Origin: Phycisphaerae bacterium
Lineage (GTDB): Bacteria > Planctomycetota > Phycisphaerae > UBA1845
Assembly (NCBI GenBank): GCA_963666835.2
Contig: CAXXGO010000006.1
Location: 768,001 to 832,000 of the forward strand
Reading direction: 5' to 3'
DNA length: 64,000 bases
A program made the translations under genes and the position numbers. Below are positions 49,001-58,065 of this stretch, piece by piece; the stretch's first letter is position 1, and the number at the start of each line of letters is the position of its first letter. The notes below the pieces were generated by a model. The model did no database searches and was not told where the DNA came from. It worked only from the letters and a program-made list of their open reading frames with translations.

Positions 49001-49568
49001 GAAGCCCGATGCGGAGGGACTATTCTCGATCGATGGCAAGGCCGGGCCCTCAGCGACGGTGATTAAGTGGGACGAGTCGATGTGGTACGACTTCTCGATC
49101 AACCAGACCCGGTTCGAGGGCGACGTCGACTTGAAGCACTTCAGCGGCGCCGCGTTGTCCCGGGCTTTGGGACAGAGTGTTGTCAGCGAGGACGCCGCCG
49201 CCGGACGGTCGACGTTCTTGAAATGTGGGCTCCTTACGGTTGATTTCCTCGGTCGATCGTCCGGTGCCCGACCGGCAAAGCGCCAACGAATGGGCGGATT
49301 GAGTTCCGATCAACTACGGCAGTTTCAGGCCTCCAGATCGGTGACACTGCAAGACCAGACTGCTTATCTTCCGGAGGTCACCGCCGACCGGATAGTCTAC
49401 GAACGAGACCGCAACATCCTCTCCATATTCGGCGCTCCGGGTCGCGAGGCCAGGATCGTCCGGCAGAAGCCCGGCGAAGCGCCCAGCATCAGCAAGGTCC
49501 AACGCGCGTTTTACGACCTGGAGAACAACCGTCTCGAAGCCCAGGGAGGCTCGCACCAGGGCAGATGA
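46092..49568 (+). CDS. Large single-TM protein with repeated LptC/LptA (OstA)-like beta-jellyroll segments
   Basis: N-terminal TM and recurring A.GNV, F.GNV, F.G.V and ADRIVY motifs. Lies directly after kdsC, where lptC-lptA usually sit. Confidence 0.65.
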   Translation: MQVMDGPRLDGSRREASGLVRTLVVASATLAILLVCFSIYQYSQLEPEPAKRIEPRLPSPPEAPGRDPDIDVADGPGVQVGDAKIGRGRDITLTIYMREGTRARLKIAVRDYTPVQGSSNEFRLVDPEIRMRTSDGRAVHVIASEGFLEAQRKSGGGLEPRRGRLTGGVVIDIDRLTEQERAELAQPGSDPDAVDPAQFVRVEVETIEFDLDYAKILVPRGPLHLSASDIDFKAEDLEVRFNEDEGRVEYLRINRGGRIELRDLGGQLGLSIPSTEAQSETRATLVNWLRSTLQATLEAQATPEPPKPEPAAVATVTEDGIPVFQPDTGDEEDLPKPAVRYFAHIEGNVDARQLNGEVVQARLQSDILEILRAFTEDDKEQVRSKSSTPPPGDAVQPALPRETLVLQWGGRLVLEAVSPDHARWTEDESTKITASGSPATVSSPKWNATCVTLEFSPDESHVWLNGTEETPVVVQSADQGSLSGVQVYTERSEDELFVRVTGPGTMDRSASDEPGGILSEDPAAQVAPAIEFADRLEVRGRFVTRSWPTFSGGIASREFRVFDTATFFGGVKLRAADTDLAADKVTAHFGEPPSRRSDQQSIERLEGRGNVVMSQGRDNVSCQEIDIALSTDRTGKVTPLTATARGNVEAAQGERVIEAGETLTVDFEMVSRSPARFDPAKAYAAAKAAGLDPTKIDWEARRRAYEATLRTEVAVKRLRAAGAVSIVDPRQGMDVKAEKVDCSIVDGREIETALVSGHEGHPASVRLNDFSVTGNEIRLDVPDEWAQVPGAGRMTLRTHRDLDGHQTDHPTNISITWDERMKYQGRENRAVFSGNVHAVSASTTTFDSSELLIEFDDKAQNDPKDGSKEDWWIFQDLADRLKHGGDSNGSAGVPRTRFSKEPAYILATGQVTVETAELDETTGKPRSRAHLSGPRLSVNLRPEVSKMLIEGAGRLFLQDLRPASDASESAKPDAEGLFSIDGKAGPSATVIKWDESMWYDFSINQTRFEGDVDLKHFSGAALSRALGQSVVSEDAAAGRSTFLKCGLLTVDFLGRSSGARPAKRQRMGGLSSDQLRQFQASRSVTLQDQTAYLPEVTADRIVYERDRNILSIFGAPGREARIVRQKPGEAPSISKVQRAFYDLENNRLEAQGGSHQGR

Positions 49569-49607
49569 TACCTCTGCAAAGCGCCCCGGCGGACCCGCCG
49601 CCGGCGC

Positions 49608-50222
49608 TCAAATGACCCGAACCTCGCCCCCTGCGAGATGGACCCGTCCATCCGCAATCATCCGAATGGCCTCCGGATACGCGAGGCACTCCTGCTCGAA
49701 CACACGAGCCGCAAGGGTGTCGGCCGTGTCCCCCGGCTCGACCGGAACGCTTCTTTGCAGCAGGATCGGGCCGTGGTCATACTCGTTGTCGCAGAAGTGA
49801 ATGGTGCATCCGCTCACCGCTCGCCCGGCGGCCAGGACCGCCTCGTGAACGTGATGACCGTACATGCCCTTGCCCCCGAAATCCGGCAGCAAGGCCGGGT
49901 GGATGTTGATTACCCGACCGGCCAACCGTTCGGGAATCCGCCACAGCGATAGAAACCCCGCCATGCACACCAGGTCGGCGTCACCGACGGCTTCGTCAAT
50001 ACGCCGGTGGAATTCCTCGGGGTTCAGCGTGCGCGGGTCAACCACCTTTACGTTCATCCCCACCTTCCGAGCCCGCTCCACCCCGGTGCTCTTCTCGCGC
50101 GAGCTGATGACAGTCTGAATCTTTGCGTCCAGGGAACCATCGTTAATCCGCTCATGCAAGTTGAGCAGGGTCCGCCCTCCCCCGGACATCAACACGGCCA
50201 GTTTCAGAGTGTTCTTTGGCAT
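49608..50222 (-). CDS. purN: Phosphoribosylglycinamide formyltransferase
   Basis: SGGGRTL, NIHPALLP.FGG, SGCTIHF and DHGPI motifs. Confidence 0.95.
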   Translation of the reverse strand: MPKNTLKLAVLMSGGGRTLLNLHERINDGSLDAKIQTVISSREKSTGVERARKVGMNVKVVDPRTLNPEEFHRRIDEAVGDADLVCMAGFLSLWRIPERLAGRVINIHPALLPDFGGKGMYGHHVHEAVLAAGRAVSGCTIHFCDNEYDHGPILLQRSVPVEPGDTADTLAARVFEQECLAYPEAIRMIADGRVHLAGGEVRVI

Positions 50223-50302
50223 GGCTCACCTCGGTTCTTCATTTCGGTTCTTCATTGCGACGGATGTTCCCTTACGTACGATCCGCCGGCATCATCCCAC
50301 CG

Positions 50303-51559
50303 TTACGCGCCTCCAGCGGTTGCCTCGATAGCCTCACATGTAAGGCGGACTCCGCGGTCGGGTTCGATTTCTCCGGCGAGTTCTCGCGTACGGGAAGCCA
50401 CCCGATCCGATGAGAGCAGCTTATCCAGCACATGGGCAACACGGCGAGCGCGGAACTTGCGCCGCGGAATAGCAGCACCTATTCCCAAACGCTCGAGCCG
50501 GGCACCGTTGTCAAACTGATCGAACCCCATCGGTCGCACCACCTGCGGGATGCCTGCCGAGACCCCTTGAGCCACAGTCCCGATGCCGCCGTGATGAACG
50601 ATAGCCGCGGCGCGGGGCAGGTATTCTCCGAATGGCACGTACGGAAGCTGCGTGACACCTTCCGGCAACCGATCCGGCACCTGATCCGCATAAGGTGTAA
50701 CAAGCGCCCCACGTAGCCCGAGAATCCGACACGCCTCGGCCGCGGCGACGAAAAAGTCGCGCCCGTGCCGCATCGCCGTACCCGGTGTGAACACAATCGG
50801 AGGGTCGCCGGCGGAGAAGAAATCCTCGGCCGCGGACGCCTGCTCCGAGGAGCTGCCCGTATCGTGGTAGACGAAATCGGCCAGCCGGACGCACTGCGGC
50901 CAGTCGGCTTGAGGCGGGGCGTACCAGGCAGGCCATATCCCAACAGTACATTGCGGCGAGATCCACCAGGTGTTCAACAGACGCCGCACCGGTGGCAGAT
51001 CGAACGAACGGCGATAATCGTTGGTCGGCCGGCCGACAATCCGATCAATGAGGAAATCGCCGAAGCGGTAGAGAGCCCGCGTACCCCATCGGCCGAAGAC
51101 CCGCATCGGCGCCCGCAGCGGTAGTACGGGCGGAGCGTCCAAGCTCCGCACGCACAGCGGTTGTAGAAAGACCGTTACCAGTGGTACATCGAGCGTCTCA
51201 TGGGCTATCCGAGCGCCGAACGTCAGGCCGCTGGCCACAACGACTGTCTCTCCGGGTACATGCCGTTCCTTGATGGCCTCATAGACCGGTGGTATCCCGC
51301 GAACGATGACTTCCCGACTCAGGATCAACATCCCCCGCACCGGGTGCCACAGATCGGGATCCTGCGTCACTCTGGCATAGTCCTCAACGGTGTGTACCGG
51401 GGCGAAATCCAACCCGGCGCGGCGGGCGGCCGGCTCGAAGTGTGGATTCGTTACCAGGGTCGCGCGATGCCCGCGGGCGAGCAGTCCCTTTCCGATGGCG
51501 ATGAAGGGGTTGACGTCTCCCGAGCTGCCTAGCGTGGCCAAGATGACGTTCAGACCCAT
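50303..51559 (-). CDS. GT1/GT28-type glycosyltransferase (RhlB rhamnosyltransferase-like)
   Basis: GSSGDVNPF, VFTPGT, HHGGIGT and DQFDNG motifs. Confidence 0.88.
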   Translation of the reverse strand: MGLNVILATLGSSGDVNPFIAIGKGLLARGHRATLVTNPHFEPAARRAGLDFAPVHTVEDYARVTQDPDLWHPVRGMLILSREVIVRGIPPVYEAIKERHVPGETVVVASGLTFGARIAHETLDVPLVTVFLQPLCVRSLDAPPVLPLRAPMRVFGRWGTRALYRFGDFLIDRIVGRPTNDYRRSFDLPPVRRLLNTWWISPQCTVGIWPAWYAPPQADWPQCVRLADFVYHDTGSSSEQASAAEDFFSAGDPPIVFTPGTAMRHGRDFFVAAAEACRILGLRGALVTPYADQVPDRLPEGVTQLPYVPFGEYLPRAAAIVHHGGIGTVAQGVSAGIPQVVRPMGFDQFDNGARLERLGIGAAIPRRKFRARRVAHVLDKLLSSDRVASRTRELAGEIEPDRGVRLTCEAIEATAGGA

Positions 51560-51601
51560 CTGTTCTTCCTATTCGCGGGAACGCAGCCGAGCCACGACAG
51601 A

Positions 51602-52603
51602 TCAGGCTTTGTTTGGGGGCTTCCAGTCGTAGATGAGCGCGGGGTTGTCGATGTAGTGCTTGATGCGCTCACAACAGGGGAAGACTTCGCCGCCGTCAAA
51701 GGCCCGGTGATCGCAGGTTGCGCATATCGTCACCATGGGGCGGGCTTCCACTTTCCCGTCCACGACCGCAGGGGCCAGATGTACATCCCCGATGCCGAAC
51801 ATGGTGACCTCCGGCGGGATTATCACGGTCACGGTCTGATGCCCCGACATCATCATGCCGATGTTCGCCAGGGTGCAGGTAGCGCCCAGGATGTCGGAAA
51901 CCTGGAGCTTGCGGTCCTCCGGGATGTCCTTGAATTCGGGGTTCGGGCGGTACGGACGCAGGCTGGAGCGCAACCAGATCCAGAGCCCCGGCAGTCCGCT
52001 CAGGTCGAGCTGCCGCAGCGCCGTTCCCATGTACGCCCGGGCAGCCCTGCGGTACAGATCTTCCGGGTCCGTTTGCCGCGCTCGCCGGGCCAGCGTTCGC
52101 ATTTCGCTCGCCACCGTATTGAGGTCCTTCAGGTGCGGATTCCGCACGATGGGTTTGACCACGCCGTATTTGGTGTGGACCGTGAAACTCAGGTTAATGT
52201 CCTCGGCCAGGTAGAGAGTCCCGCCCGTCCGCCAGGGTGCGTAGTCGAGGAACGCATTCATCTTCGGAACGTCAAGCAGGCAGTGGGCGATGGTCTTGAG
52301 GAAGAACGCGGAGTAATTCCGGCGGAGGGCTCGAGCCAACCGCTCTTCACTCGAACGCGAACCTCCGTTCTGCTTATCCGAGTCTGTGGCCGTGCGGTTG
52401 TACTCGACCAGGTTGGTCAAGTCGAAGTGGGATATCGCCGCGGCGTGGGGAACCTTGCGCGCCGAGCGAGAGAGAACGTATCCTACGCTCCTGCGCAGAA
52501 AGCTGAGTCGCCGGGCCTCTTTCACCTTCACATGCCGGCGAAGGTACGCGACTTGGTAGTCTTGAAACACTCGGGCTCCTGTGCTCCGAAATGACCGGGC
52601 CAC
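51602..52603 (-). CDS. Stand-alone 2-oxoacid dehydrogenase E2-like acyltransferase catalytic domain
   Basis: P.MNA, GATCTLANIG, IIPPE and catalytic DHRAFDG motifs. No lipoyl or E3-binding domain. Confidence 0.85.
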   Translation of the reverse strand: MARSFRSTGARVFQDYQVAYLRRHVKVKEARRLSFLRRSVGYVLSRSARKVPHAAAISHFDLTNLVEYNRTATDSDKQNGGSRSSEERLARALRRNYSAFFLKTIAHCLLDVPKMNAFLDYAPWRTGGTLYLAEDINLSFTVHTKYGVVKPIVRNPHLKDLNTVASEMRTLARRARQTDPEDLYRRAARAYMGTALRQLDLSGLPGLWIWLRSSLRPYRPNPEFKDIPEDRKLQVSDILGATCTLANIGMMMSGHQTVTVIIPPEVTMFGIGDVHLAPAVVDGKVEARPMVTICATCDHRAFDGGEVFPCCERIKHYIDNPALIYDWKPPNKA

Positions 52604-53004
52604 GGCGTATCGGCCGTGGTTGCGCCCGAACCCGCCTAAAGGTCACTGCGCGCCACTATGGGGCGCACCGTGCATCCCCAACCGACTTTGGACCCATGTG
52701 CCCTTGGCAGACCGTCCCGTCAACGAGGAACCAGCCGCCTATGCCCCCGGCCGGAGCGAACAAACAGCCCGTACGGACAGTCCAGCCGCCCATTCTCCAG
52801 CATCCTAATCGTCTCTACCAGCCGTGCGATGTCAATGGGCGGTGCGTTCGCAGTTCAGGGTGGCAGGTGCCTCGGAAACGGCTGGCGAGACTGGGCAGGG
52901 CAATATGCCTCGCGTTCTTGAGCCGTTGTCCGGCCAGTTGTGGGGACATAGAATTGACTGTTCGTCGCCAAGGCTGGGCGGGGCGGCGGCAGGAGGCCTC
53001 TACC

Positions 53005-53799
53005 GTGGACGAATCCGAGATTCCCGCAAGCGTAGATCAACCTACTCCACCGCCGGCAGGCGAGTTGCCGCCCGGAGATCACCCGTTGGAGATCGCGGCC
53101 CGGGCGGGGTTCGGACCACTCAGCTCTCAGGCCAAAGACGTGTGGCACGGAGAGGGGACGCCCTGTGTATCGTGCGGGCAGCTCGTAAAACGAGACCACG
53201 AGGAATGCGCCCATTGCGGGCAGGACCTTAGCCACAACATGCTCGAGAAGATGCGAGCCATGGCCGGGCCGTGGTACGTACTCGAACACCTGCACCCGTT
53301 TCCCGGGGTCAACCTCGACCGGGTCATTCGCCAGATAAGGCGGGGGTTGCTGACCGAGACTTCCATCGTTCGCGGGCCCGGCACGGATTACCAGTGGCGC
53401 TTCGCCGTGGAAACACCGGGGCTGTGCCGGTACTTTGGGCGTTGCTGGCGCTGCCACGCCAAGGTTCCGCCGACGGCCACCTCTTGCGAAGCCTGCCATG
53501 CGTATCTCTCGCTGGAGAAGCCCACGCCGAAGACTACTGTCAAGTCCGCCGCGCCGCTGGATCACCTGAGCGAGCTGTCCGCAGCAGTCGATCGCGCAGA
53601 CCTCGGTGCCATCGAGCCGAACTGGGACGATCCGCCGCGAGTTGGGCGAATCTCCGTCACGTGGGTTGCGGCCGCGTTGATCGTTGCAGTAATCGCCCTG
53701 CTGATGTGGGTTGTGCATATTCGCGAACAGGCCGCGACGTCCAAGTCCACGCCAATACCCCGGGCGGTTGCGCCGATTTCGGCCGGCAGCCAACAGTAG
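53005..53799 (+). CDS. Membrane protein with two double-zinc-ribbon motifs flanking a GYF-like segment
   Basis: CVSC..CAHC and CWRC..CEAC. Central PWYV..PFPG...RGP...W segment. C-terminal TM. RBS AGGAGG before the GTG. Confidence 0.7.
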   Translation: MDESEIPASVDQPTPPPAGELPPGDHPLEIAARAGFGPLSSQAKDVWHGEGTPCVSCGQLVKRDHEECAHCGQDLSHNMLEKMRAMAGPWYVLEHLHPFPGVNLDRVIRQIRRGLLTETSIVRGPGTDYQWRFAVETPGLCRYFGRCWRCHAKVPPTATSCEACHAYLSLEKPTPKTTVKSAAPLDHLSELSAAVDRADLGAIEPNWDDPPRVGRISVTWVAAALIVAVIALLMWVVHIREQAATSKSTPIPRAVAPISAGSQQ

Positions 53800-53851
53800 C
53801 ACTCACCCGGCCCGCTCATGTTGGCGACCGTAGAATCCGCGTCCGGCGGCA

Positions 53852-55252
53852 TCAGTGCAGTGGTTTACCCCGCGTTCCCGGCGGAGTCGGTACGCCGAGC
53901 TGCTTCAGGATGGTCGGAGTCACATCATAGATGGACGCATCGTCGACCCGACCGCGGGCGGGCAGGGACGGATGGCTGTACAGGTAAGCGCCCTGCTGAG
54001 CGTGGTTGGCGTCATCCGGGCCGGTATCGTTCTCGAACGTGTGGATACTGTCGCTGCCGACCGTACCCACGCTGCGCCACCGCAGGTCACCGAAGATTAC
54101 GACAAGATCCGGAGCGATGTTGTTCACCGTGTCGTAGATGTCCTCGGGCTTGTATGCCCGGTTGCCCATCACGTTTCCTTCGTGGTCTCGAATCGCCTCG
54201 ATCTTGGCGACCAGCTCGTTGCGGAACGTGCCGTAGTCGGCCTGCTTGACCTGTCCGTTCGGCTCGCGTCCTTCCACATTGATGAACAGCCGGCCATAGT
54301 ATCCGCCCTCGCCCCAGGCCGTGGTCTTGGACCAATCGACGTCGGCTACGTTGAACCGCTGGTTAGGCTTGACCGGCTCCTTGAAACGAAGATAGCCCTC
54401 GTTAATCAGCCACTGGTTGAACATGCACCCGCCGACCATAGTTTTGGCTCCGTGGTCGCTGACGATCCACACGGCCGTGGTGTCCAGATCCATGCACTCG
54501 AGAGTCTTACCGATTTCCTCGTCGGTGTACTTGTAGTAATCGAGGATCGCGTTTTCGAACTCATTGCCCGGCTCGTAGCGGTGGTGGTTCTTGTCCATGA
54601 AGCTCCAGAAGCCGTGGTGAATTCGGTCGGTACCCATCTCGACCATCCAGAACATATCCCACGGCTTGTTCTTCAGTAGATGCCTCGCGACTTTGAACCG
54701 TCGCTCCGTCATGACGTAGATTTGCTCGAGCAGCCATTTCTTGTCGTCGGTCCGGAAGCCCTTCACGTCGACCATGTATTCCCCGACCAGCTCGGTGATT
54801 TCGTCACGCAGCGCCGGCGGATAGGTCCACTGGACCTTGGGATCGTTCGTATCCGGCGTGAGAAAGCTCGTGACCATGTGCCCCGTTACTTTCTTGTTGA
54901 TCGGATACGTCCCGGGGAATCCGAGGACGATCGACTGCTTGCCGTACATCCCGAGCGTGTCCCAGATGCGCGGCTGCTTCACTGCCAAGGACGTGGCGAT
55001 AGCCAGCTTGTCGTAGGAGTGATCCGCCCGATTACGAAAGCCGTAGATCCCCAGAGTGCCGGGGTCTTTGCTGGAGGCCATGCAGCTCCACGCCGGCACG
55101 GTGATGGGGGGGATCGTGCTCGTAAGGTTGCCGTAGGCTCCCGCCTGGGTCAGCCGTTTCGTGTGCGGAAGCTGGTCGATCCAGTCCTCGAACATCAGCG
55201 AAGGCTCGGCACAGTCCAATCCAAACACCGCGACCTTGTTAATCTCGCTCAC
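53852..55252 (-). CDS. AlkP-superfamily protein (type I phosphodiesterase/nucleotide pyrophosphatase-like)
   Basis: GLDCA, STIPPITVPAW, DRIHH, VSDHG, NH...G and DVTPTIL motifs. Confidence 0.9.
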   Translation of the reverse strand: MSEINKVAVFGLDCAEPSLMFEDWIDQLPHTKRLTQAGAYGNLTSTIPPITVPAWSCMASSKDPGTLGIYGFRNRADHSYDKLAIATSLAVKQPRIWDTLGMYGKQSIVLGFPGTYPINKKVTGHMVTSFLTPDTNDPKVQWTYPPALRDEITELVGEYMVDVKGFRTDDKKWLLEQIYVMTERRFKVARHLLKNKPWDMFWMVEMGTDRIHHGFWSFMDKNHHRYEPGNEFENAILDYYKYTDEEIGKTLECMDLDTTAVWIVSDHGAKTMVGGCMFNQWLINEGYLRFKEPVKPNQRFNVADVDWSKTTAWGEGGYYGRLFINVEGREPNGQVKQADYGTFRNELVAKIEAIRDHEGNVMGNRAYKPEDIYDTVNNIAPDLVVIFGDLRWRSVGTVGSDSIHTFENDTGPDDANHAQQGAYLYSHPSLPARGRVDDASIYDVTPTILKQLGVPTPPGTRGKPLH

Positions 55253-55460
55253 CGCCAGTCCTTTCTTTCGCCTGTGTCACGTTGCCGCACTCTAATGGAA
55301 AAACACCGCTTCAAAGAGGGCGTCCTTCTGACGAAGGCCTCATTCCGCAAGACCCTGCGGAACGCAGCGTCAGGTGCGATTCTCGCCGCCTTAACAAGGG
55401 ATTCATCCAGGAGGCAGGCTGGGAGCCTACGCTACGACTTCTGCAGGCTAAAAACCTGCG

Positions 55461-56474
55461 TTACGACTCCAGGTACTCCATGGCCTTGGGAACCACCTGC
55501 TCCATCGCCTCTTGAAGCCCACAATCGAGGACGGCACCCGCCGCTTGGGCATGTCCGCCGCCGCCGAACCGGATAGCCAACTCGACTACAGTTAAGTTGC
55601 CGGACCCGCGGAAGTTGATCCGCGTCTTGCCCCGCTTGCCTTCCGTAAACAGTATCGCCAATCGAACCCCGTCCAGCGATCGCGGGATGTTTATCTGGTC
55701 GTCAATATCCGCGGCCGAGCACCCGGTATCGTGAATCTCATCGTAGCTTGCAGAGCTATATGCCAGATCGCCGCCAGCCGCGATTCTGGTGTTCGCGTAA
55801 ACGATGCGCAGCAGATCGAACTCACTCTTGCGCTGGCTCCGGCAGAGTCGCTCGCCCAGCTCGCCGACTTTCGCCCCGGCTTCGGTCAGCGCGGCGCAGG
55901 CCCGCAACGCCGAAGCCGTGGTGGTCGGCAGAGAGAAACCCAGAGTATCCGTCAGCATCCCGGCGTATAGTAGTGACGCGGTCACGGCATCTATCGCCCG
56001 CCCGTCCGCGCAAAGCAGGTAGTAGACCAGCTCGCAGGTGCTCCCGACTGTCTCCTCTGCCCAGTTAACGTCGCCGAACTGCGTATTGGTGCCGTGATGA
56101 TCGATGTTCACCACGGGCCGACCGGCCGACCAGTCCGTCTGGGCAAGTTCGGCCCCCACGTTGGCCCGGCTCTTTTTGGCAGTATCGCAGACGACAAACC
56201 CGTCCGCGGCCGTGAAAGCGTCCCGATTCGCCAAAGGCACTTCGGCCCACTCCGGCATGAACTCGAGCCGCTTCGAAAGCGATCCCGGCGGTAGCGCCAC
56301 GGTTGGCCGGCACGACTCATCGGCAAACGCCCGGGCCGTCGCCAGCATCGCCCCGAGGGCATCGGCGTCCGGCACGACGTGCCCGATCACGACCGGGGCG
56401 CGCAGACGCTTCAGTGCCTCAAGCACGTCACCAGGAACACTCTCCGTCGATACGGGGCTGACTGTCGTGGTCAC
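55461..56474 (-). CDS. nrnA: DHH/DHHA1 phosphoesterase (NrnA-like oligoribonuclease/pAp phosphatase; start uncertain)
   Basis: H..PDADALG, NIDHH.TN, G..TDT and GGGH..AAG motifs. Confidence 0.88.
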   Translation of the reverse strand: MTTTVSPVSTESVPGDVLEALKRLRAPVVIGHVVPDADALGAMLATARAFADESCRPTVALPPGSLSKRLEFMPEWAEVPLANRDAFTAADGFVVCDTAKKSRANVGAELAQTDWSAGRPVVNIDHHGTNTQFGDVNWAEETVGSTCELVYYLLCADGRAIDAVTASLLYAGMLTDTLGFSLPTTTASALRACAALTEAGAKVGELGERLCRSQRKSEFDLLRIVYANTRIAAGGDLAYSSASYDEIHDTGCSAADIDDQINIPRSLDGVRLAILFTEGKRGKTRINFRGSGNLTVVELAIRFGGGGHAQAAGAVLDCGLQEAMEQVVPKAMEYLES

Positions 56475-56500
56475 AACAATCCCAGGCCGAGGGCCACTCG

Positions 56501-57649
56501 TTACGCATTTTTCATCGAGTCGATCAGAATATCCGCGATCTCCGGCCGGGTGAACTCGGCCGGCGGTCTCTCGCCCTTGAGCAGCAGCTCGCGGACCTTC
56601 GTACCGGACAGGAAGATCTGGTCCCCCTCGAACTTGGGGAAAGTCTTCCCGCTGACCATGCCGCCGGCCTTCTTCGACCACGCGGCGTGCTCGAACTTCA
56701 GCGGGGTGATCTTCAACCCGCTGCCCGGCAGGTTCTCAAAGATCTCCTGCGCGTCGTACGTACCGTAGTAATTACCTACCCCGGCGTGATCTCGCCCGAT
56801 GATAATATGGCTGCAGCCGTAGTTCTGCCGGAGAATCGCGTGCAGGATCGCCTCGCGCGGTCCGGCGTAACGCATCGCGGCCGGCATGACCGACAGCATT
56901 GTGTGGTCCGGGTGATAGTAGTTTTCGATCAAGACCTCATAGCACTTCATCCGGACCTCGCCCGGGATGTCCCCATCCTTCGTCGCGCCCATTAGAGGGT
57001 GGATCAACAACCCGTCGCAGATCTCCTGAGCGCATTTTGTGATGTACTCGTGCGCCCGATGGATCGGGTTGCGCGTTTGAAAAGCGACGACCGTATGCCA
57101 CCCGCGCTTGCGAAAGGCCTCGCGCGTCTGCGCCGGCGTCAGACGATGTTCGGTAAACATCGGATTGTGCCGCGGGGTGACGACGTCTATCGCCCCGGCC
57201 AAACACGTGTCGCCCTCATCCATCAACACCTTGACCCCGGGATGGGCCGGGTCGTCGGTGCCGAAGGCCTTAAGAGCCTGCTTCGTCTTGTCCTGCTTGT
57301 ACTTCTCGTCAACGGTCAGATAGCCCAACAGCCGTCCGGCATCGTCGGCCAGGGCGACCCGCTGCCGGATGCCGACTTTGTCCGCTGTTGCGTTGTCGAC
57401 GGCACAGGTAATCGGCATCGGCCAGACGGTGCCGTCCGGAAGCGTCATGTGGTCGCAGACGCTGTGGTAGGCCGCCTCACCCATGAAACCTTCCAGCGGA
57501 CTCATGGCCCCGATGGCGATCATCTCCAGATCGCACTGCTGGCGCTCGGTCAGTTGTACGGTTAACTCGGGCGAAGTTGCGCTTTCCGTCGCTTCCGTCC
57601 TATTGACCAGGAAACCCCCGTGGGGCGGGGTTAATTCAGTTTGCGGCAT
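56501..57649 (-). CDS. sat: Sulfate adenylyltransferase (ATP sulfurylase)
   Basis: PHGG, SPLEGFM, DDPAHPGV, FQTRNPIHRAHE, MRYAGPREA, GRDHAGVG and LSGTKVR motifs. Confidence 0.97.
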   Translation of the reverse strand: MPQTELTPPHGGFLVNRTEATESATSPELTVQLTERQQCDLEMIAIGAMSPLEGFMGEAAYHSVCDHMTLPDGTVWPMPITCAVDNATADKVGIRQRVALADDAGRLLGYLTVDEKYKQDKTKQALKAFGTDDPAHPGVKVLMDEGDTCLAGAIDVVTPRHNPMFTEHRLTPAQTREAFRKRGWHTVVAFQTRNPIHRAHEYITKCAQEICDGLLIHPLMGATKDGDIPGEVRMKCYEVLIENYYHPDHTMLSVMPAAMRYAGPREAILHAILRQNYGCSHIIIGRDHAGVGNYYGTYDAQEIFENLPGSGLKITPLKFEHAAWSKKAGGMVSGKTFPKFEGDQIFLSGTKVRELLLKGERPPAEFTRPEIADILIDSMKNA

Positions 57650-58065
57650 TCGGAGCCCCTTTCCAGTATTAATTCACCAAGGCGGCAATGGCTTGATTCC
57701 GTCGGATCTTCCACCGGACAGCCTAGGGCGAACCGCCGTGAATCGCAACACCGCCGCCGGGCGGCGGTGCACCGCAACACCGTCCCTTGGTTGTCCGGCA
57801 AAAGCCGTACCGTAAGCGACGCGTGATAGCGAGAGACTGGTCTGACAGGCGGCTTGTCACACGTGGAGTTTCGCGTCAAGTCCACACCGCGTGCACTGCT
57901 CAAGAGCAGTGGCACACCCGAGAACCTAGTTGTGACGTGGCGTTGATCGGCTTCATTGCCCCGACGCAGCGGACCGGTGACGTTGGCGACGGGGTCAGGT
58001 CGGGCTCCGGCATTCCTTGGAGCAGCATTTCTGATGGACGCGCAGTGAGGATTCCCGGATCCGAA

